Source: Parasitella parasitica NRRL 2501 (lineage: Eukaryota; Fungi; Mucoromycota). Taken from it: 64,000 bases of DNA. Shown here one piece after another: positions 1-14,645 of this stretch. The DNA is taken from positions 148,425 through 212,424 of the forward strand of contig MU619250.1 in NCBI GenBank assembly GCA_025201805.1, given 5' to 3'. The notes under the pieces were generated by a model. That model was not told the origin of the DNA. It saw nothing but the letters and a program-made list of their open reading frames with translations, and made no database searches. Within the stretch, counting starts at the first letter, position 1. Every line of letters starts with the position of its first letter. A program made the translations under genes and the position numbers.

Positions 1-444
1 ACCAGCGGGCGTAGATAACCTTTTGCTAGCAATGGACGAGCCGGATGTTGAATTACTGACATTGACAGATTGTCTTCGAACGAGTGGCGACTTGGATGCT
101 CTTGTATTCGAAACTGTTGGCACAATGGATGATCGTCGGTTTGGGTTGGGTGAAGGAGGTGCATTTGCTGCACCATTCACAGTTGTACGATCTACCTTAA
201 TAGGAGAAGGCGCACCCTTTCTGGTAGCTGTTGGCGGACTAGGGTTCGAAGATATGACCCGAGTTCTCGAGGACGAAGGTGAAGTTGGTTTGGTTGTCTT
301 TCTACCTAGAGTCGATGGAGGAGAGACTGTTGCCTTTGGCGTTGTCGGCGCAGACACTACTCCGCCTGCGTTGATGCCTAATTCTGACAACAAAGACTTC
401 CTCTTGTTGGCAGATGTTCTTTTAGCACCCACCTTTTCAGACAT
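1..444 (-). CDS. 5' part of a Ser/Pro/Thr/Arg-rich protein of unknown function (runs off the window edge)
   Basis: Open minus-strand frame from ATG at 444 (MSEKVGAKRTSANKRKSLLSELG...) to position 1 with no stop. The + strand ORF 23..463 is its antisense shadow. Confidence 0.7.
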   Translation of the reverse strand, partial: MSEKVGAKRTSANKRKSLLSELGINAGGVVSAPTTPKATVSPPSTLGRKTTKPTSPSSSRTRVISSNPSPPTATRKGAPSPIKVDRTTVNGAANAPPSPNPNRRSSIVPTVSNTRASKSPLVRRQSVNVSNSTSGSSIASKRLSTPAG

Positions 445-859
445 TTGCTCAAAAAGTATTTGAGGAAAAAGAAAAGAAAAAGAGAATGAAGAAATCGAGA
501 AAAAAAAAGGGGTTGCTATGAAATATTTTTTTTTCTAGTGCAACATAAATCTGTTGCAAGACAGAAGCATGTCCAATTTGGGAATGGAAGCACGAAGCTT
601 ATTTTTATGTAACCAAATGACAACTTTTTGATCTATTAGCACACATAACATCGCATAGTTTTTCATCAGAAAGAATCAAGAATTCTTATGGTCAAGGTTA
701 CACTCTATTTACTCCAAAACTCAACCAGGAACTATCTTTTACAATGTTCAATGGCTGCATTGATGACTCTCGTGACTATGATAAAATGTCATTAAAGCAA
801 AAGAAAAATGTTTCAGTTGTCTTTTCCTATCTCATAATAATAATAATAATAAAGTAGGG

Positions 860-2754
860 ATGAGCCATTTGTTCAAAGAAAAGACGTACACGCACTTGAC
901 CTATTGCGACGCTTGCAAACAGCTATTATGGGGTGTAAGAAAACAAGGATTTCAATGTAGAGGTAAAGTAAACATACATCATGTCGAGATATATGGCGGT
1001 GGTGTTAACAATTGGCCAGGATGCGGCTATAATTGTCATCGAAAATGCCAAGCAGCAGCAGGCAAATGCTCTCGTGCTGTTGCGCAAGGGTTCTTGGAAG
1101 ATGCAGACCATAAATCCGACTCGCGAGCAGAGAGCTATTTACGTCAACTATCCCAAAAGTCAACTGCTAATGACCGTCGATCATCTACGGCTTCAAGCAC
1201 AACTACTACTAGTCCAAAGCATACTTCAGATGGCAGTACAAGCGTCTATCAGTCAGCATTCAAACATGTGAAAGCCATTGCAACATCAGACAAGCTTCAA
1301 AATATCTTGGCAGAAGCAGCTACAACCCAGCAAATGCCTGTGAATGCATATTTGGCCAAACAAGCACCTCTAAATCCCCAAATCACAGCTAGGAATTTCA
1401 CTCGATTTGTATCTCGATGCGGGCCTGTTTTTGCATTCAGAGACGAACTTTTGTTATTGTTGAGCTGGGAAAACAGAGTCGATACACTGGTTTCTCTAAT
1501 CATTTACTGCATAGTTTGTATGTCGGCTGAACTCAGAGAAATCAGAGACGATGTGTTTAACGTTACAATGCAATAGGCTTACATCCCAAAATGATCTTCC
1601 TTGCGCCTCAAACAATCCTCTTTTATTTTATACTATCCAGTTACCCTAAAAGAAGAGCCTCTAGCCACGTTAATTCAAAGGATAAAACCAAACAGACAAA
1701 AGTGGACAAGCAACCTTCGGTGGACAAATTCCATAAACGGCCCCAATATGATACGCCCACTTTGTTTCCATTCAATCTCTCGACATTGTTCCAACCTGCT
1801 TCTGACGAATCTCCTGAATACTTGCGAAATCTGCAAAATATACAAAACACGATGGGCGAATTCAGTGATATGTATGATTTGATCATGTCGCAGATAAATC
1901 AATTGAATTGGTCATCCGAGGAGAAAACAATGCGTATTCTGCAATTAATAATCGTCTCCAGCATCTTGGTATCTTTGGCGCTTTTTATCATACCCATAAA
2001 GTTGATATTTTTCTCTTTTGGTCTGCTTGTTTATGGGCTCAACACAAGATTTGCCAAATATATCATCAATGAAATCAAACCATACATGGTTCAATTTGGA
2101 AAGAGGAAATCGATGGATTTGGTGGAGTGGTATGTTGATTTGGAAAAGAGACTAGAAATTCAAGATCAACTGCAAGAAATCTCTGTGTTTGAGAATCAGC
2201 GTTGGTGGCCACGACGGGGATACTTGCATGAGGTAAATTTTGAACTTTTGTCTGAGAAAAATGATGAATTAGTATTAAATTGTGTGTGTGTGTGTGCCTT
2301 TAGATGGTAGAAGATGAAAGATCCCCGTGGTCTGATTTCACAGGCTCAGTTTATATGCCAATTATTACAGAAATACCAGCACCGAAAGGTTATCAGTGGA
2401 AGGAAACGAGTGAATGGACGCTAGATACTGTGGGTCCTTGGATCGACACTTATTTGGAAATAGGTATGTTATTTTGATTCTTAAATAATGTGGTAAAAAC
2501 TGACATTTTTCCTAAATGCTTCTTATAGAAGTAAGGATTAACGTGATTTAGAAAGAAGGATTATGCAAATTGACTTTTGTTTGTTTGTTACACAGATTGC
2601 AGTGAAACCGGATGAGGATGGATGGATCTATAGCGATGATAATTGGAGAATCACAATACCTCAGATTGAACCTGTTGATTTTGATGACGGTGAGCAGAAT
2701 AATGAAACTAAAACACGAAGAAGACGATGGGTTAGGGAATATGAAAAAATTTAA
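860..2754 (+). CDS. C1 (PKC-type Zn finger) + Pex24p/Pex23-family integral peroxisomal/ER membrane peroxin with C-terminal dysferlin (DysF) motif; multi-exon
   Basis: HLFKEKTYTHLTYCDACKQLLWGVRKQGFQC..C.YNCHRKC (C1); LLSWEN, YLRNLQNIQNTMG and TM segments; FENQRWW...WSD...W.W....W.LD...DEDGWIYSD.W...TRRRRWVR (DysF). Confidence 0.85.
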
Positions 2755-3039
2755 GAGACGTGGTGCTGTTCAATAATGAAGAAACAAACCCCAATGGAAT
2801 TCTATTATTTGAAATAAAAAAGAACACATCGTATAGTATTTGGTTGGCCAAGATATACTTCGAGCATATTGAGCAAATATCCAGTCAAAGTTAGCCCAAA
2901 GCTCACAAAATCTAAGATAAGGTTATTTCTCACTTTTTGCTTTCGGGCCACAAACTTACAACTTATGTTTCGTCTTACACATCTATGTACGTTTTACTGC
3001 TGGGGGGGATATCATGAAATAAACGATACCTAATTTTAA

Positions 3040-6000
3040 AGGACGTTGTCTATAGTGGCAAGTGTAAAATTTTGCAAGTAGAATCATAAATATTCAAACC
3101 TTTCGCGGTTTTTTTTAAACATTCATTGGTACCTACTATGTGCCAACAAAACTTAGAGCCTCAACCAACTTTTTGTGTTTTTTCCAAATGCTATATTATC
3201 AACAAAAATACAAAGGTATATTTTGACTCAAGCAATTGCTAGCTATAATTAAATTATTTAGTAGGTTTGCAAGTTCAAGGAAGGATGAGAAAAAAAGTAC
3301 TTTTTGGCAATTTGTTTTTGGTTAGTTGAGAATTGATGGTTATTGGTAGAGAAAAGGGGCAATTCTTTTGGATGGATAATTTTGCCTTCGTAACTGTGAA
3401 AAAAAAATTGCCCACCATTCAATGTAATTGAGACAAAAATCTCAATCTCCTCTGCTTTAACTCCTAGTAAAATATGATTTTCCATTGCTAAAAGTGAATT
3501 TAATCTTTTTACTTGCAGAATTGGCGGATGATGGTTTGTAACAGAATGATTCAAATGTATTCGCGTTTTATTCCTTTTTTCATGGCCTCTGTACTCGCCG
3601 TTGATCTTATCAAATGAGCCTTGTAATTTGAATGAATTCCTGCTGGTTGCATCACTTGTTTTACCCAGTTTGATAGTGTAGTTGAACCTATAGAAGTAAT
3701 CTTGGATGCATCAGATATGCAAACCAGAAATAATGTACGATCAATGAATCTGTATTGACTCAAATGGAAACACACTGCTAGGATTGAATTGACTGCCTAC
3801 CTGCTGATATAGTCACTGTAAATAAGTGCATCGCCTATTTTCAATTGAGAAGCAAAGCATGACCCCAATAGGTAACTTAAAAATATCTTGATATTAATTG
3901 ATAGCTAATATGCTGTTAGATATGATATAAAAAACCATTTATACACAGCTTCATTTTTGGTTTAAATAAATGCTACATAATCTAATCCATCACCTTTTCT
4001 CCCGCTGAAAGGCATAATTTGAAATGTTTAGTATCTTTGCAAACTATTGAGCGATAAAGGCAATGCTGCACTATTTTACAACGTATCCGAGCGCCATGGA
4101 CTTCTGATTACTTCTCTGAGTTTCCTCTGTTTGGACCCCAAAACCTCAGATTTTCCAAATATTACAGCATATGTTCCTATAACAAGTACCAAATTTTGCA
4201 GTTGAATTATGTTTAGGTTCCTAAGTAAAGTAATAAAGCACGTTTTGGTACACCTACTGGTACTAAGCATGTCGTATTCAAGCTTGAATTCGACAAGCTT
4301 GGGCCAATTTTGTCTTTTTACGTCAAACTTTGTTCCCCTGTTTCTCAAAAAACTATTATGGCACTTTGGCTTGAATGATTAATAAAATCTTTTTGAAACC
4401 TGATTCTCTACTAGATTTATTATTTTTTAGATAGGTATGCCGAAAAAAATATTTTTTCATATGTTTTTAGCAGAGGCTTAATTTATTTTCATAACTTTCA
4501 GAGCAATAAATACTATTCAACAATACATGATATAGTAATATAATGATAGAGCTGCAGAAATGCTACGGGATGGTTTTTGTTTGGTTAAAAAATGTCAATT
4601 TTTGAGCGAGATAATGGTGAAAAACAGGATAGTTTTTTTACCCTTTTGAATGGCTTCATTTTGGCCCTCTAGACATAGGACCGAAAAATTATAAATTTAT
4701 TTTGCTCGCGACAAGATTTCGATTTTTAGCAGAAAAAATAAAGCCACAGTTGTAAACAAGATATTGATGTGTAGGTATTGACATGAAGGTTTGTTTGGTC
4801 AACTTTATAGAGCTGAATGTGCTCAAAATATGCTTGATTTTACTCAAAAACTATCAAAAAGAGCGTTTTTTGAATATTTGTAAATTGGTAATAAGGAAAG
4901 GTGTTTCTGTAATGTTTTAATTTATATGGTTGGATGCAAAATTTATTTTTTGTTATGAAACACTTAGTACACATATCCGATATACTTATTGCGTTTATGA
5001 GATATCTAGCAATGAATTATGCGAAAAAAGCTCGAAACTGGTTTGGGTCAAATGGAAACATAGTGCTGAGATTCAATTCACAGCTTCTTTTTTTTTTCAC
5101 TGTAAATGAGTGCAACACCTATTTTCAATTGAAGAGCAAAGCATGATTCTAATAGTTACCTTGCGCATGTCTCCATATGAATCAATAGCCGATATACTTC
5201 ATAAAACGGGCTCAAAAACCTTTTTTGTATACCTTCAATTTTGGATGAACTAATTACCACCAAATCTGAAATGTTACCTCCTTCCCCGCTTAAAGGCTTA
5301 ATTTGCAATCTCTAATAACTTTAGAAACTATTACAAAATAGAGAAATAACCTTTAGCTAAAACCTGTTTCTTTTGCACTATTCTACAACATATCCAAGTC
5401 TTATGAATCTCTGACCATTTTTCAAATTTTGCTATGTTTGGACCCCTCATATTCGATTTTCAGTTTTCAACTTTGGGTCGATCTTCAGGGTCATTTTTAG
5501 TTACGGATTTGAGGTCCAAACTAAGGATACAGGCTAATACTAGTATGATAACTGTACCTCACTACGTCTTCCGATTCTCGATATCTATCTTTACTGTTGA
5601 GATATTGCCGAACCAGATTTTGCAGATTTTGTAAATTTTACAGCATATGGTCCTATAGCAAGTACAAAATTTTGCAACCAATTCATGTCTAATTTTCTAA
5701 ACAAACTTGTAAAGCACATTTTGGCACATCTATTGATATTAATTATGTGTTGATGAAGTCTGAATTCAACAAGCTAGATCCAATTTTCTACTTTTGCACT
5801 TCATTTTGCTGACTAATTTCTCAAAAAACCATTAAGACACTTTGTCTTGAGTTATTATTAAAATATATTTGGAATACAAATTTCTCCTATATGTGCAATT
5901 TTTAGATGCATATGAGGAATTTTTTTTTTTCATATGTTTTTGGCAGAGGCTTGCTTTATTTTTATACTTTTGAGAGAATCAAAGAGGTGTTTAAGATATA

Positions 6001-6980
6001 AATTTGCGGAAAAAACATAGGGCTATTAAATAGCTATTAAATAGGTTTTTTTTGGTTAAAAAATACCAATTTTTGAGCGAGATAATGGAAATCACATATT
6101 CAGGTCTTTTCACTTTTGGAAGGGCCCATTTTCGCCCTATAAAGCTAAGGCCCAGAAATCTCAGATCGAGTATAGCCGAGACAGGATTTTGATTTTTAGC
6201 AGGAATACTAAAGCTACAGTTGTAAAAAAAATATCATTGTTTATGTATTGACATGCTAAATTGATTAGAAAAGTTTATAGGGCTAAGCGTGCTCAAAATA
6301 TGTCTTCTTTTACTCAAAAACTATCAAAAAAGGTGTTTTTTGAATATTTGAAAATTGGTATTTAAAAAAAGTCTTCTTATAGCCTTTTAATTTATACTGT
6401 TAGATGCAGAATTGTTTTAATATTATAAAACACTTAGTATGCATGTAAATATACCTATTACTTTCTTGAAATATTTAGCAATAAACTATTTCAAAAATTC
6501 CTTGATTCTGGTTTGGGTCAAATAAGACACCTCTGAGTTTAAATTTACAGCCTCTTTTCTTGCTGTAAATAAATGGACCACCTATTTTCAACTGAGGAGC
6601 AAAGCATGATCCCAATAGGTAACTTAAAAATATCTTGATATAAATTGATAGCTAATATGCTGTAAACTATGAACTTAAAAGCATTATGTATATAATTTCA
6701 ATATTGGTTGAAATAAATGCTACGCAATCTGAACTATTACCTTTTTCCCTGCTAAAAGGCATAGTTTGGAATCTCTGATATGTTTATAAACTATTAAGCG
6801 ATGGAGACATTAGCTTCAGCTGAAATCTTTTTCTTTTGAACTTTTCTACAACACATCCAATTCTCATGCACTTTTGACTGTTTTTCTGTTTGAACCCTAA
6901 ACCTCATACTCGACTTTCAGTTTTCAACTGTGGGACAATCCTCAAAGCCATTTTTTTAGGTACGGATTAGGGGTCCAAGG
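3040..6980. repeat. Degenerate tandem array of a ~1.3-1.46 kb AT-rich non-coding repeat (about 2.3 clear units plus a decayed fragment at ~3040-3260)
   Basis: The block ctgtaaat...cctattttcaa(t/c)tga..agcaaagcatga recurs at 3816, 5100 and 6563. Further shared blocks (gatttttagcag, tactcaaaaactatcaaaaa, tttttgagcgagataatgg) recur at ~4600-4900 and ~6070-6350. Confidence 0.85.
3400..3775 (-). mobile_element. Degenerate tyrosine-recombinase fragment of a DIRS-like retroelement
   Basis: RTLFL...STTLSNWVKQVMQPAGI...YKAHLIRSTASTEAMKKG matches the YR H-x-x-R box. Premature stop and no RT in the window. Confidence 0.65.
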
Positions 6981-8040
6981 CAAAGAATTAAATACCATGT
7001 ATTTATATTTATAAAAAAAAAACAGAATACTTCTTTTACGGTATTAATTGTTTAGATAAACAGCAGATGAAAGCTGTGAATTCTTAAAAAGTTATTTTTT
7101 ATTGTTTCCATATATTTTGAAATATACATCAGCCATGTACACGTGTATGAGTAATTGTTGCAGTAAGATCAGTAGCTACCGTATGAGAACGTAAAACCAA
7201 GAATGAATGAAGCGATTATTACTTGCGCATACCACTCTGTCACTTTGCAGTAGCTTTTTTGTTTTTTTTTGGTTTAAATAATAGGCATCATCGCTTTTCA
7301 AGTCAATGTGGCAAGGCGATGCTATCTGCTCATTACTTTTGAGCGTCAATTTGGTTCTTATTTCAGGGCCAACGATCACCTCCAGATTACAGGCTTTGAC
7401 TTTAATGATGCTGTCACTTACATTCATCGACTTTTCCCTTATTTCTACTAAAACAACTTTTCGATCCCTCCTGCTGTCAAAGTCTTGGCTTACGGAGATA
7501 TTACACTCGTCTTTTTCAGGGCTCCAGCGAGGTTTCCTCATATACAAAGTTTACTTAATAAGTATGTGGCAATCTCCAACTTTCAGAATTATGATATATA
7601 CTATATATATATATATATATAGAATGTAATGAACCATTGAATAAAACGAATACATCATACACCTTCGTAATCCCCTAAGCTTTTAAAAGCTCACGCTAAT
7701 AAAGCGAGCTTCAATCAAATGCACAGATCAACTTCAAGAGACACAAAGTTCGGCTCGTTTAACAAGATTCAGTCTGGTCTGTCAATAACTTTGCTTGGCT
7801 ATAAAAATTATGCCAACTACTGTTTATATCAACTTAGGTATTTTTTGAATATCAAATCAAGAGTATAACATAAGGTCATTATAGAACACGGCGCACATTG
7901 AACAACTTTCATATCTACTTGATGTATAAATCTATCCAATCTAGTATGTCGAGAAATTCATTTTATCAGAGAAATTGTACAAATACAAAGTAAAAACATA
8001 AACCAAATGGAAATAAAAGTAATTAATTATATAGCGAAAA

Positions 8041-9228
8041 CTAATTGGCAGTGGATGAAGACCCAGAAGCTTCGGCATTGGTGGATTCAGAGGAGAGTGG
8101 TGTGGTATTATTTGCTGAACTTTGAGAACTAGCCATTTGCCAAGCAGGAATTCCTGCACGAGCTCCGCTATTGTTGATAGTGGCAGAAAGGCGAGATGAT
8201 AAACCGTCAGTAGGAGACGCAACAGGCGCAGGTGTGGCAGGCGTAGTGGCAGCAGGAACAGGGGTTGCGGCAGCAGCAGTGGGAGTAGCTGGTTTGCTGG
8301 ATACTTGATCGAGAACATTAGAAGTAGTACGGCGGCTCACTAAGAGTGACTTGAGAGACTTCATTTCGTTTTGGAGATCAAGTAAAACTGCATTTTGTGC
8401 CTCCTTGTTACGCTCCAAAGTCTAGTCAATCCAAGGTTTTAGCTTAAATACATGAACCGCTTCGAGCGCCATAGCCTTACCTTGGGAATCAGTTCCTTCA
8501 ATGTGTCTATATCATCCTTCACATTCTTGAATTCCTCGTCTCTTTGTGAATCACCTTCTTTTAATTCCTTAAGAACAGTCTCTAGATTGGTGATGGAATC
8601 ATCAACCTTCTTTGTTTGAGATGTGACAGTCGTGAGTGCAGTGTTGGTTTGGTCCTTGACTTCTTTCAACGAATCCTCAACTAGAAGAGACACAGTGTCA
8701 ACTCTTATTGACATTGCCAATCATTAAATTCTTACCTGCTTGAAATTGAGCATCTAATTTCTCCTTGTCTTCTTCTAATTCTTTTTGCGTAGGAACCTGG
8801 AACCAAGGGCCAAAAAGACGCTATTGAAGTGTGTTTAACGATTCACTCTGACCTTTGTTTGTCCCTTAAAGTATCGACTTCACTAGTCTTACCTTGGCCA
8901 AAGTCCAAACACCATAACCAACACCACCAGCTAATACAGCAGCAATGAAAATATCTCTCCAATCGTAGGCAGGTCTAGGAGGAAGAGGAGGAGCATGCTG
9001 CATCATCGTCCCAGGCTGTTGAACCATAGCGCCCTGAGGCATGTTTGAAGCGGTTGTCGCAGCTGGCACAGTGGCAGCCTTACCATTTGCACGTGCCATT
9101 GCCTCTTCAATTTCTTCTGAAGTCATACCTTTGGATTCCAAGAAGGAAACCTTCTTTGCCAATGGAGCCGATTGAACCTTTGGATCAGACAAGAAAGAGA
9201 TGGCCGATGTTATGAGTTCTTCGCGCAT
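8041..9228 (-). CDS. PEX14: Peroxisomal membrane docking protein Pex14 (4 exons)
   Basis: MREELITSAISFLSDPKVQSAPLAKKVSFLESKGMTSEEI (Pex14_N); YDWRDIFIAAV TM; coiled coil; IPAWQ C-terminal motif. Confidence 0.95.
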
Positions 9229-9913
9229 GATCAATTCAAAGAAAAATTTCTGTTTGTAAAAGAACAAAAGGAAAAAGAAAAATGTCCATTTAAATTGTGG
9301 GGACCCATTTCAATAAATGCTTACCAATATTTTCACACATTATTTACACTTAATAGGGTGTTTTGAATAACCGAATGATGAGAGATATAGATGTTTGCCT
9401 CAATGATATAATAAAACATAGCCAGCTTCCATTCGATAACGTCTCCGTGGAGTCTATTGAGCACTAAATTTGTATGAGTGCAATGCCATATCAAATTTTG
9501 GATACTTATTTTATTTTGAGCAAAATTATAGCTATTATGGCATTGCAAAAAGCTTTTCTCCAGAAAATAAAGTTCACAGTTTACTATAGATTGAGCAACA
9601 TTATCAATAGGTCTGTCAAACTTGCATCTATTCAATCGCACAATCATAGATTGGTAGTGCCATTCATTTCGACTGAGTAAGCTGCCATTATCAAATGAAC
9701 CTGATCGCAAGTGCGCGGTGATCGCAGTCAATAGACATTTCAAGTGAGGAACGCAGCTTGTTCTTCATCAGCGTATTGTCACCATCCACAACAAACAGCA
9801 GCAGATTCAACATTGGACATCCGCTCGCCAATTTATTATCACAAGTTGAAAAGGTCGAATACTTTTCTCTTAATTCTTTACGTCTGCTACGACTTGGTGT
9901 GTTCACATTGATC

Positions 9914-11360
<1,447 letters not shown>

Positions 11361-11491
11361 ACCTATAATGCTCTACACAAAAACAGCTATACTTTTTTTC
11401 TATTGGGTAAATCAAAATTTGAGTTTTTTGAGTGTTATTCTACACTTCCATATTTTTGCTTCCTTCTTTTCGTTTCTCTAAACATTTGACC

Positions 11492-14021
11492 ATGGTCGAA
11501 GCTAGTATCACTAGGTATTATACACTGGAGGACAAGGAGTACTATGCTCCTTCTTATTATCCAAGAAACGACTATAAAAATTATGAATCTGCAAAGACGC
11601 CAATAGTTATTGACAATGGTTAGTGAGGACTAGGCCTATACCTCAACTTTATTAACCGCATTTATTTGTAGGCTCTAGCCATTGTAGAGCTGGCTGGTCT
11701 TCAGAATATGAACCCGCATGTACGTTGGATGCAGTACCCATACACGTAGCCATCTAACATTTAGTACAGTGCTCTTTGATAATGTTGTGTCGAAATATAG
11801 AGATAGACGACTTAATCAAAGCGTGTTGGCAGTAGGCATGGACGCGCTAGCTGACCCTGCAGCCAAATCAAACGCTCGCTCACCTTTTGATAACAACATT
11901 GTTTGCGATTTTGAAAAAATGGTAACGAATTAGTTTGCACATCGACTGCCAATGACTGACAGCAATGGATACAGGAATATATCTTAGATTACATATTCGT
12001 AGTACTCGGCATTAACACACCCACTGTCAATCATCCCATCGTTTTAACAGAGCCTCCATGCGTACCTCAGTATAGTCGCACTCGTAACGTATAGAATGGT
12101 CAATGTGCAATATTTGACATTTAAGCCATTGTATTTTTCTTCCATAGGCATGACTGAACTATTGTTTGAAGGTTATCAAGTGCCTTCTGTTGCGTACGGT
12201 ATCGATTCGCTGTTTAGCTACTATGCCAACGGCGGGTCCCAGGATGACGGCGGTATTGTTATAGCATCAGGCAACTCTACAACACACATCATTCCTACAC
12301 TGAGCGGAAAAGGCATCTTGTCGAAGACCAAGCGAATTGCGTATGGAGGCACTCAATCATCCGAATACATGCTGAAATTAATGCAACTCAAATATCCAAC
12401 TTTTCCAACAAAAATGACAAACACGCAGGCTGAAGAGCTTGTTCATCAGCATGCGTTTGTCTCACCAGATTACCAAGCAACGCTAAAGAAACTAGAAACG
12501 AAAGAGTGCTTTGCTGAAATGGACCGTATTATCCAGTTCCCATACACAGCTCCTGTTGTTGAAGAGAAGTCTGAAGAAGAATTAGAGAGACAAGCAGCCA
12601 AAAGGGAAGAGAATTCAAGGCGATTGCGCGAGGCAGCTGCAAAATCACGCTTAGACAAATTAGTAGCTCGTGAGCAGCAAATGGAAGCTTTCACCAACTT
12701 GAAAAATGCAAAGGGAACCGTAAAAAAGGTCGATTGGGTGGTAAGCTTGACTTGATGGATCAAAATCATTTGTATACTCATCAATGCGTCATCTAGGCAC
12801 AACTAAAGGAGGCCGGGTTTAAGGACGAAGCTGATTTAGACGACACTCTGAAGCAATTAGATAAAGCCATTCAACGTGCACGCAACAAGGAGCTTGGCAT
12901 TGAGGAAGTGGAGGAAAAAGAGGCACCTATCACAACGTTAGTGGATATTCCAGACGAACAATTAGATGAAATGGAAAAAAAGGAAAAGAGAAAGCAAAAG
13001 CTGATGAAGGCTAATTACGATGCACGCCAAAGAGCCAAAAGAGCAAAAGAGGAAGCACGCTTGAAAGACGAAGAGGCAGCCCGCATTGAGGAACAAAAAC
13101 GTTGCGATAATCCTGCCGAATGGATAGAAGAAATCAAACAAAAGAGACAATATGTGGTTGATCGTTTAAAGCAGCGTAAACGGTTGGCTTCTGAATTAGC
13201 AGATCGTAGATCCCGTGCCTCGCAGCAGCGTATGAAGTCGATTGCAAATTTAGCAAGTGACGACCCGAAGAGTAAGCGTAGAAGAAAGGGCAATGACGAA
13301 GATACATTTGGTCAAGATGATGATGACTGGGCCATTTACAGAGAAATCAGTAGAGAGGATGAATCAGATGAAGAGGAGGAGGATATGTCTGAGCTGAATC
13401 AATACGAAAGTTTGCTGTTACAATACGATCCTGCGTTCTTGCCAGAGCATTCATATGAAAATATGTCTTCGCCTACCAATACATTACTACATCTTTTATC
13501 AAGAGGCGTTTATCCACCCTACGACCCTACCGATATGGAACAGAGTTATCAGCTGCATGTCAACGTCGAACGTGCTCGTGTTCCTGAAGTGCTATTTCAA
13601 CCTAGTATTATTGGACTTGACCAAGCTGGTTTAATCGAAACTGTGAATGATATTGTCAAAACTTTTGATGGTAGCCAAAGAGAGAATTTAATGAAAGTAT
13701 GATTTACGATACTTCTTGTCAAAATAGCATACTCAAAAGTCCTTCCTTCTTGTTTTTTAGAATATCTTTTTGACGGGTGGCTTCTCTCAATTACCTGGAT
13801 TATCCGAGAGAATCCATTCATCGTTAAAATCTATATATCCAGCGAATACTAAAATCAAGGTGAAAAGAGCAAGAGATCCTGTGTTGGATGCTTGGAAAGG
13901 TGCTGCCATGTTTGCTCAGGATGAGACCAAGACTCAATATTTTGTCTCGAAACGTGAATACGAAGAATATGGTTCGGATTATATTAAAGAGCATGGCTTT
14001 GGGAACATAGTTCAAAAATAA
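11492..14021 (+). CDS. ARP5: Actin-related protein 5 (INO80 complex)
   Basis: PIVIDNGSSHCRAGW, MTELLFEGYQVPSVAYGIDSL, Arp5 charged insertion (RRSRASQQRMKSIA...DTFGQDDDDWAIY), VERARVPEVLFQPS. Confidence 0.95.
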
Positions 14022-14214
14022 AGTTATTATTCACATCATATTTTCGAGCCATGCATAAAGTATATTTATTTCTTTTGCTTTTTGATAAAATTGATTTGGT
14101 ACATACCTTTTGTGCACCTTTGGCAGAGAGGTACATCAGATGCTGCCTTATTTACTAAACATTTTCAAATTGCCATAGTTGCTCCTTGGCTTACTGGTTT
14201 AGTTAGTACAAGCT

Positions 14215-14645
14215 ATCTGCAAAAGCAGTTTTATTTTTCATTATTTACCATAAATGTCATATATTGGCTGATAACTTGTGCTAAAATAACTGTAAAACCG
14301 CAATCTAACTTGGAAAACTTAGCATTGACTTGGCATTACATTGATATCCATTTTTTTCATCGATATTTATAGAGTTATCAGATGATATCACAAATTTACA
14401 TGTCAAAATTACGTATAATTGATGATAGGCTGCGGTAAAGAGCAGATCAAAGCCTTTCTTATGCGCCACCAGATCAGGTATGATCATCGCTACCTGAGCA
14501 TAACTTTGACTTTCTTTGGGTAATGCGTCTATCAAAAGTCATGTGCAAAAACAGTTGATTTTTTTATCATTTATCATAAATATTGATTAAATTGACCGTA
14601 AAAACGAGATTTAACTTGGAAAACTTGGCATTGACTTGGTGCTAT
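14215..14645. repeat. Pair of degenerate ~120-bp direct repeats
   Basis: taacttggaaaactt(a/g)gcattgacttgg and the upstream gcaaaa..cagtt..tttt..catt..cataaat block occur at ~14220-14335 and ~14545-14640. Confidence 0.6.

Noticed and set aside
3040-6980. CRISPR array or centromere
   Set aside because: Eukaryotic kb-scale degenerate units with no repeat-spacer pattern, no centromeric LINE, and gene-dense flanks.
7176-7629. Overlapping 123-aa and 107-aa ORFs after the repeat array
   Set aside because: No recognisable domain or supporting exon structure. Possibly a gene relic.
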